Assembly (NCBI GenBank): GCA_964447495.1
Contig: CAYUTF010000016.1
Span: 11,396-53,464, forward strand
Direction of reading: 5' to 3'
Source of the DNA: an uncultured archaeon
GTDB lineage: Archaea > Asgardarchaeota > Lokiarchaeia > Sigyniarchaeales > SOKP01
DNA: 42,069 nt
In this document: positions 36,565 through 42,069 of the stretch, in pieces
How positions within the stretch are numbered: the first letter of the stretch is position 1
How the letters are laid out: every line of letters starts with the position of its first letter
The notes under the pieces: generated by a model
Database searches by the model: none
What the model was told of the DNA's origin: nothing
The model's input: the letters and a program-made list of their open reading frames with translations, nothing else
Program-made: the position numbers and the translations under genes

Positions 36565-37151
36565 TTTTTATTCACCAACGAACTCGAGTTCGTTTTTATT
36601 TCTATCTGTGGATTAGGGACTACAATATTATCATTATAAAACATCTGTGTAATAATAACAGTTGCCAAAACAATTCCAACAACAAAAACGATAATCATCC
36701 ATGGTAACATTTTTAAAATTAATATCTTAAATGGTATTTGATTAAGCATCGCATCATCAACAGCTTTCTTCATCCTCAATGCATGAATATCTAAAACTCC
36801 ACTATCTTCATTTGTTTTAGACAAAATCATATCTTTAAAAGCTATAAGACGATTCAACTGTTTTTTTATTCCACTAATATCATCTGATGCATTACACAAA
36901 TCCTGTTTTCTCTCAACACTTCTTATTCTAACATCATGATCTTTTATCGTTTTTTTATTATCATCAACCTTCTCTCCTTGTGCTTCTAGAAAAGTCTGTG
37001 TCTCTATAGCAATTCTCTCTAATGATTGAAGAGTAATAGCTTGACGCTTAGTAACTTCTGATAAATCCTCATATAGAGTTCCTAAATATCGGATATCATA
37101 TTCATCACTCTTTTTCGACATCTTTTTGTTCTCTCCAAGATGACGTTTCAC
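36561..37151 (-). CDS. coiled-coil protein with C-terminal transmembrane helix
   Basis: Heptad-like region followed by LPWMIIVFVVGIVLATVIIT. Confidence 0.6.
   Translation of the reverse strand: MKRHLGENKKMSKKSDEYDIRYLGTLYEDLSEVTKRQAITLQSLERIAIETQTFLEAQGEKVDDNKKTIKDHDVRIRSVERKQDLCNASDDISGIKKQLNRLIAFKDMILSKTNEDSGVLDIHALRMKKAVDDAMLNQIPFKILILKMLPWMIIVFVVGIVLATVIITQMFYNDNIVVPNPQIEIKTNSSSLVNKK
36577..36594. repeat. palindrome copy 6, AACGAACTCGAGTTCGTT
   Basis: 18-bp perfect inverted repeat in the last codons of a CDS; core lies 14 nt upstream of the ATG at 36564. Confidence 0.95.
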
Positions 37152-37434
37152 TAACTAAATTACTTAAAATTTTACAAATTTGACTCTGTTGGTCATTCAT
37201 TTCTTTAATTAAAACAACCATATTATTTTGGCTATCAGTAATTTGCTTTTGAATATCAAAAAAATTAGTAGGTACCATCCAAGCATAAGAACCATCAGGA
37301 TTCCTAACATCATGCATCTTATATATTTTATAAACAATTACTAAAGTAGATATACTAACAACCGTTAAAATAAATACAGATACAATCAAAATTACTGGGT
37401 CAACAAAAATTACAGTTTCAACAGTTTTAGTCAT
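37105..37434 (-). CDS. membrane protein with an N-terminal TM helix and coiled coil
   Basis: VILIVSVFILTVVSISTLVIVY; AGGAG SD. Confidence 0.6.
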   Translation of the reverse strand: MTKTVETVIFVDPVILIVSVFILTVVSISTLVIVYKIYKMHDVRNPDGSYAWMVPTNFFDIQKQITDSQNNMVVLIKEMNDQQSQICKILSNLVSETSSWREQKDVEKE

Positions 37435-37526
37435 GATATTCTCCTAGTTTTAAAATATATTACAAACATATATAAAGTACTACATATACAAATATACTAC
37501 AATTTCAAAATTACCATGCCCAAAAA

Positions 37527-38147
37527 CTATGTTACACGCTTTCTATAATATACTGATTCCATCGATGGATTTCCATTTTCATCAAACAAATCAAATCTTA
37601 TTACTTCTGTAACACCGTCTGTTTCAAAAAAAATCATCTGATTATTTATTATTCGCCAATCACCCTCCTCTATATTTAAAACTTTTGTTAAATATTCACC
37701 AATAGGTGTATCATTCCAAACACCTTCCGGAATACTCTCATCAAGACCTGTCATCAACTTATCATGTTCATCCTGAGTAAGCGCTGTACCTCCTGTTTGT
37801 ACTATCGTCGAAGAAACAGCCTGAATAACCATAACCTGAACATTAGGAGTATATGCAATAGGATCACCATCTAATCCACCAGTAAGATTTCCACCCTTAA
37901 CTACAGCAACATAAGCACCATCCCAAAATCTCAATTGCCATGGAGAATATAAAGTCAATGTTATACCAGTAGTAATATCTTCATCCAATAAATCTTTCCC
38001 AGTAGCAAAACATATTTCATCATAATTCATACCAACAGGAGACTGCATAATATCACTAAGAAAATCATATAAATCCTGGACAATAACCTCAACTTGAGGT
38101 GCCAAAACATGAATCAAATGATTATGCCAATCTACATAATAAGACAT
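37527..38147 (-). CDS. putative virion structural protein
   Basis: 206-aa acidic beta-rich ORF in the structural cluster. Confidence 0.5.
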   Translation of the reverse strand: MSYYVDWHNHLIHVLAPQVEVIVQDLYDFLSDIMQSPVGMNYDEICFATGKDLLDEDITTGITLTLYSPWQLRFWDGAYVAVVKGGNLTGGLDGDPIAYTPNVQVMVIQAVSSTIVQTGGTALTQDEHDKLMTGLDESIPEGVWNDTPIGEYLTKVLNIEEGDWRIINNQMIFFETDGVTEVIRFDLFDENGNPSMESVYYRKRVT

Positions 38148-38533
38148 TATTTTTTACTTACCTTGCCATTATTTTTTATCTTTCCAGTTAAAGAATTACT
38201 TCCAGTCAAACTTTTTAATATATCCTCATTAGTTTCTATCAATAAATCATATGATTCAATTAAATTTTCAAATCGCTCTTTATTAACTTTAATCTTATCC
38301 ATTATATCATTTCTATTATCCTCATCTATTTCACCATCATAATAAATCTGGTCAACATATTCATGCTGTATAGAACACGCTGTACGCATTTCAATATATT
38401 TCAAACGTTCTTTTTTAAGAGACCTAACCTCTTCTATGCTCTGTTCAATAGTATCAATTTTATCAATATTAGAAACTCTCAATTTTTTTCTAATATTCTC
38501 ATCCTTATCTTTATTTTTTATTTTTCTTTTCAT
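38147..38533 (-). CDS. hypothetical coiled-coil protein
   Basis: 128 aa, highly charged. Confidence 0.45.
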   Translation of the reverse strand: MKRKIKNKDKDENIRKKLRVSNIDKIDTIEQSIEEVRSLKKERLKYIEMRTACSIQHEYVDQIYYDGEIDEDNRNDIMDKIKVNKERFENLIESYDLLIETNEDILKSLTGSNSLTGKIKNNGKVSKK

Positions 38534-38535
38534 AA

Positions 38536-38820
38536 CTATACTATAGATGTCAATCTTTTCATTGCATTACTATATATCGTCATTTTCCTTCTGTTCTCAC
38601 ATATCAAATCATCCACTTTTCGTTCTTCAACCGGAATCATTTCAAGTTGAGATTTTAATGCATTTTTGTCATATTCACTACCATTCAAAAGACGATTCAA
38701 ATTGTCTCTTCGTTTAGATAAATGATGTTTTGCTTTTTCAAGCTCTAAAAAATCATTTTCAAGACATGACAAAACAGATGCAACTCTTTTTATCTCTACA
38801 ATATTTATTTTTTTATCCAT
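38536..38820 (-). CDS. hypothetical coiled-coil protein
   Basis: Track ORF 38536..38862; more likely start MDKKINIVE at 38820. Confidence 0.45.
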   Translation of the reverse strand: MDKKINIVEIKRVASVLSCLENDFLELEKAKHHLSKRRDNLNRLLNGSEYDKNALKSQLEMIPVEERKVDDLICENRRKMTIYSNAMKRLTSIV

Positions 38821-41284
38821 TATAAACCGTATCAGGATTTCTAACAGCAACAGTCTCACCACCAGTAGCAGGAATCGTTACATCTGATGTAAATGGTTCA
38901 ATTTTAACTGATGCACCAGATGTATTTCTAACTCTTGTTCTTCCATAGATAGGAGAAACAAAAACCATCGAAGCACTTACCGTTGTACCAGACGTGACAA
39001 ACGTTAAAATAACAGGAACAAATATATAATCATTAGATGTAACCGTTATAGGAACAGCATTAACCTCAAATGAATCTCCAGTAGTCTGTCCAACTATTGG
39101 ATAATTTGGGTCAAGTTGAACTTCATCAGCACTTGTAACCTCTGATATATAAGATACTTCATCTCTAGTAACATTATAAATCAAGTCTCCAACTTCAGAA
39201 GAGGAAAATGCACCAGTAGCAATAATCTTTGTTGAATCAGTTCCTGCTTCTGCTGTATCAGAAGAATTTGCCAAAATAAATTGTGAACCAGACCAAGAAG
39301 AATATCTTAATATATATTCAACATTATTTTCACTAGTATCAATAAGAACTAATCTTCCTCCAGCTGTCTTCCCTGGAGTATCAACGGTTATAGACCCACT
39401 CACATCTAATGTACTATCACCAGGTGTTTCCCCTCCAACAGCGGAATACTCTGTTTTATTTATATCACCACCTTGAGATAATAACCTATAAACTCCAACC
39501 CAATCATATGGTGCAACATTCGAAACAGTCATAGATGTGGAAGTTGGCCTTGACCTAGTTACTCCATTTGAATCTTTTAACTGAAAATAATTCTCTTCTG
39601 AACTTTTATAATCAGAAATTAAAACCCCAACAGAACCAAAAAAAATACCACCAGCTAATGTTCCAAACGGACATTCAGAAATAGGAGTAATTGTTGAAAC
39701 AGTAGTTCCACTTGCTGGTATATAATTCCCTACATCAACCTGAATTTGTTCTCCATTTATAAAAGTACCTCTTGTATTTCTAAGAAGTATAATCTTATTA
39801 GTTGTATCATGAGACAGAACTACACCAGTAGCCCCAGAAGTAACTCCAGTTACTGAATCACCTTCGTCTACAGTACCCGTAACTGTTCCAGTATATTTTA
39901 CTCTATATGTAATACCAATATACTCTTGACCATCAAGGTCATCTAAATTATATGTAGAACCTCTTCTACATACATATTTCATGTATTCATAAAATTGAGC
40001 TAAACTTGCTTGGTTTAAATCCCATGTTATACTATATGGCTCATCTGAACCATTATCATCAATATCTGCTGTAACAGCAGTAAAAGCAACTGTTGGTAAA
40101 ACATTTCCATCAAACCAAGTGGTTAATGCTGGACCTTGATTAGCAACAGACCCAGACCCAGTTGCCGCACCAGTATCATCCTCATTTGTAATTGCTTCAG
40201 ACCCATTAAAGGCTACAAATGGATCTCCTACATAATAAAAATGCAAAGTTGGGGTAGGATTAGTACCAGAAACAAGAGTTATTATACCTCTTGCACCTGA
40301 TGTATCTCCTGAAATTTCATCTCCAATATTCCAATTACCAGACCCTCCAGAAAGAGTAATACTTGCATATCCAGTAGAATTATTAGAATCATTACTAGAA
40401 GACAATGGAGCAGAAACATTACCTCCTGAAGTTGTATTCATTCTAATTTCAACAAATGAATATCCACTTGTGTAACATCTAGCATAAACCGTTAAATAAC
40501 CACTATCTATAACTGGAAAATCATCTGTAGTATAATCTGTTATAGGAATAGCTCTATCCAAATGGCCATCTTCCCACCAATCTTGATTTGTCTGGTCAAA
40601 AGATGTAACACGTTCACCATTTTGATAAAGGTAAATATGTGTATCAGATAAAATTCCACCCTGCGTATATACATTTCCCCAAATCATCTCTCCTGTAACA
40701 GAAACCGCCGATTGAGTTGCTGTATGTACATTACAAGTCAAAGTTCCACTACTACTATCAAAATTATTCGCAGCAGCGCTAGAATCAGGTCTTACAAACA
40801 AATAATCTATTGTACCACCTGGAACAACAACATCTAATAATATACCAGCATCTCCATCTGTATGAGTTATTGCATTTCCAACATCACCTAATACTATATT
40901 ATTACTAGCATTTGTAACAGGAACAACAACTATACCAATATTACTACCAACTATTCTTTTCCATCCTGATGTTTTTAAAGCACATCCAGTAAAATTCTCA
41001 TAATCACCTATTATATGCTGCATAGTTCTCAAATCTATAAACCAAGGCTCAGCATCTGCAGCATCAATTTTACCAATTGTATATTCACCAGGTGTTTCAG
41101 CTGAAAAAATAACCCCATCATCCATTTGAGGAGCAGAAGAAAACAAATCCTGCATCGCAGAATAAATATCAATCATCTTCTGTGTATCTGCTTTAGTACT
41201 ACCACCACTCCATGTAATCTGTTTTCTTCTATTCTCAGATAAATAATAAATTGTTAAATCACCTGATAAAATTGTATTACTCAT
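38813..41284 (-). CDS. large virion structural protein (beta-rich, repeated GD/E-x-I/V-TG-x-TSGA modules)
   Basis: 823 aa, G/S/T/D-rich; GGAG SD. Confidence 0.65.
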   Translation of the reverse strand: MSNTILSGDLTIYYLSENRRKQITWSGGSTKADTQKMIDIYSAMQDLFSSAPQMDDGVIFSAETPGEYTIGKIDAADAEPWFIDLRTMQHIIGDYENFTGCALKTSGWKRIVGSNIGIVVVPVTNASNNIVLGDVGNAITHTDGDAGILLDVVVPGGTIDYLFVRPDSSAAANNFDSSSGTLTCNVHTATQSAVSVTGEMIWGNVYTQGGILSDTHIYLYQNGERVTSFDQTNQDWWEDGHLDRAIPITDYTTDDFPVIDSGYLTVYARCYTSGYSFVEIRMNTTSGGNVSAPLSSSNDSNNSTGYASITLSGGSGNWNIGDEISGDTSGARGIITLVSGTNPTPTLHFYYVGDPFVAFNGSEAITNEDDTGAATGSGSVANQGPALTTWFDGNVLPTVAFTAVTADIDDNGSDEPYSITWDLNQASLAQFYEYMKYVCRRGSTYNLDDLDGQEYIGITYRVKYTGTVTGTVDEGDSVTGVTSGATGVVLSHDTTNKIILLRNTRGTFINGEQIQVDVGNYIPASGTTVSTITPISECPFGTLAGGIFFGSVGVLISDYKSSEENYFQLKDSNGVTRSRPTSTSMTVSNVAPYDWVGVYRLLSQGGDINKTEYSAVGGETPGDSTLDVSGSITVDTPGKTAGGRLVLIDTSENNVEYILRYSSWSGSQFILANSSDTAEAGTDSTKIIATGAFSSSEVGDLIYNVTRDEVSYISEVTSADEVQLDPNYPIVGQTTGDSFEVNAVPITVTSNDYIFVPVILTFVTSGTTVSASMVFVSPIYGRTRVRNTSGASVKIEPFTSDVTIPATGGETVAVRNPDTVYNG

Positions 41285-41293
41285 GTATCTCTC

Positions 41294-42067
41294 CTAATTC
41301 AGGACAAGACTCTCTTGCATTGTCACTTTTAAATCAAAACCAGTAGACCTAATTGTACCAGTAGTACTAAATGGTTTATATCTAGGGTCATCTATATCTT
41401 CTGATTTCCTACATCTAATCATTATCGCAATATCTGATGAATACACAAATTCTTCGGTTGCAACACCTAATACATTAGTATCCTCATTCATTAACTGCTG
41501 ACCATTATCCTGTCTAAAAATAGCAGTTTGAACACCACTTATTGGATCTTGATTTTTATCAACAACTGTTATTGTCAAATCAACTAATGTCTGGTCAATA
41601 GGATAAAAATTTGATGCTTGGTCAGACAAACTAGTAGTTGTTTCCGTTACAAACATACGCATATCTGATACATCTGCAGTAGCCGTAAATCTATATTTTA
41701 ATTTCACTCCGTCTACAGTTCCACTTATCCCTGTCCAATTACCAGCAGTTCTTGCATCCAACCAACTTCCGTTCCAACCGCTTCCCGTATCATATTGGAA
41801 TTCTACCGTTACGTTCGTCCACTCGTCAGTTCCCCAAGAAATGGCTCCAGTCCCTATCATGGAAGTGTAATTCCCCGTAAATGCCGTATGTCCTTTGCAA
41901 TAATAATTTTGCTCTATCTCTAATATATCTCCATTAGACATACTAACAGAACCATCTCCGTTGAATTCTGGAGTTCCATTTATTATAGTGGTGTAATCAT
42001 TATCGTCAGAAGGTGGTAATAATATACAAGCAACAAATCCTAGGGTATCAGATTTAAAACCATCGTG
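41294..42067 (-). CDS. virion structural protein, 5' end truncated by the window edge
   Basis: The frame stays open upstream of the Met at 41941 to the window end (HDGFKSDTLGFVACILLPP...). Confidence 0.65.
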   Translation of the reverse strand, partial: HDGFKSDTLGFVACILLPPSDDNDYTTIINGTPEFNGDGSVSMSNGDILEIEQNYYCKGHTAFTGNYTSMIGTGAISWGTDEWTNVTVEFQYDTGSGWNGSWLDARTAGNWTGISGTVDGVKLKYRFTATADVSDMRMFVTETTTSLSDQASNFYPIDQTLVDLTITVVDKNQDPISGVQTAIFRQDNGQQLMNEDTNVLGVATEEFVYSSDIAIMIRCRKSEDIDDPRYKPFSTTGTIRSTGFDLKVTMQESLVLN

Positions 42068-42069
42068 AA

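Noticed and set aside
2759-36594. Palindrome copies as a CRISPR array, IS ends or intrinsic terminators
   Set aside because: Copies are kilobases apart with no spacer periodicity, no transposase or target duplications are visible, and there is no consistent U-tract on the transcribed strand.
627-38650. Most plus-strand ORFs in the track (e.g. 3152-3562, 18207-18545, 27032-27544, 34414-34848) and the nested minus ORFs 29165-29362, 30134-30448 and 32690-32881
   Set aside because: They are antisense or out-of-frame shadows of well-supported genes, with S/I/F-rich composition and no recognisable motifs.
1-42069. Alternative genetic code (stop codon reassignment)
   Set aside because: Long genes are intact under the standard code, and TAA, TAG and TGA all end genes at sensible junctions.
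1-42069. tRNA, rRNA, introns or inteins
   Set aside because: Intergenic gaps are too short and show no cloverleaf; no interrupted genes or intein motifs were recognised.

Overview
AT-rich (roughly 30% GC by eye), densely coding segment of a large contractile-tailed bacteriophage (myovirus-like). It could also be a prophage or phage-derived element; no capsid, terminase or integrase genes lie in the window. Nearly all genes are on the minus strand and form a virion morphogenesis region. Reading from right to left: large beta-rich virion proteins, putative neck and tail-terminator proteins, a 930-aa tail sheath, two T4 gp19-like tail tubes, a tail-assembly chaperone with a -1 slippery site, tape measure, LysM/gpX-like protein, hub, gp5/gpV-like spike, gp25, baseplate J/gp6-like wedge, two fibre-like proteins flanking a GT25 glycosyltransferase, a gpI-like wedge, a CIS-tube-type protein, then a papain-family protease with secreted/lipoproteins. 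A small divergent plus-strand island encodes a stand-alone response-regulator receiver domain. The main non-coding signals are: (i) six identical copies of a palindrome, RCGAACTCGAGTTCGY, five of them 12-18 nt upstream of start codons; (ii) a perfect chromosomal-type parS site, TGTTTCACGTGAAACA, at 26742-26757; and (iii) an unannotated 58-aa ribbon-helix-helix gene heading the tail operon. All family calls come from motif recognition by eye, not from database searches.
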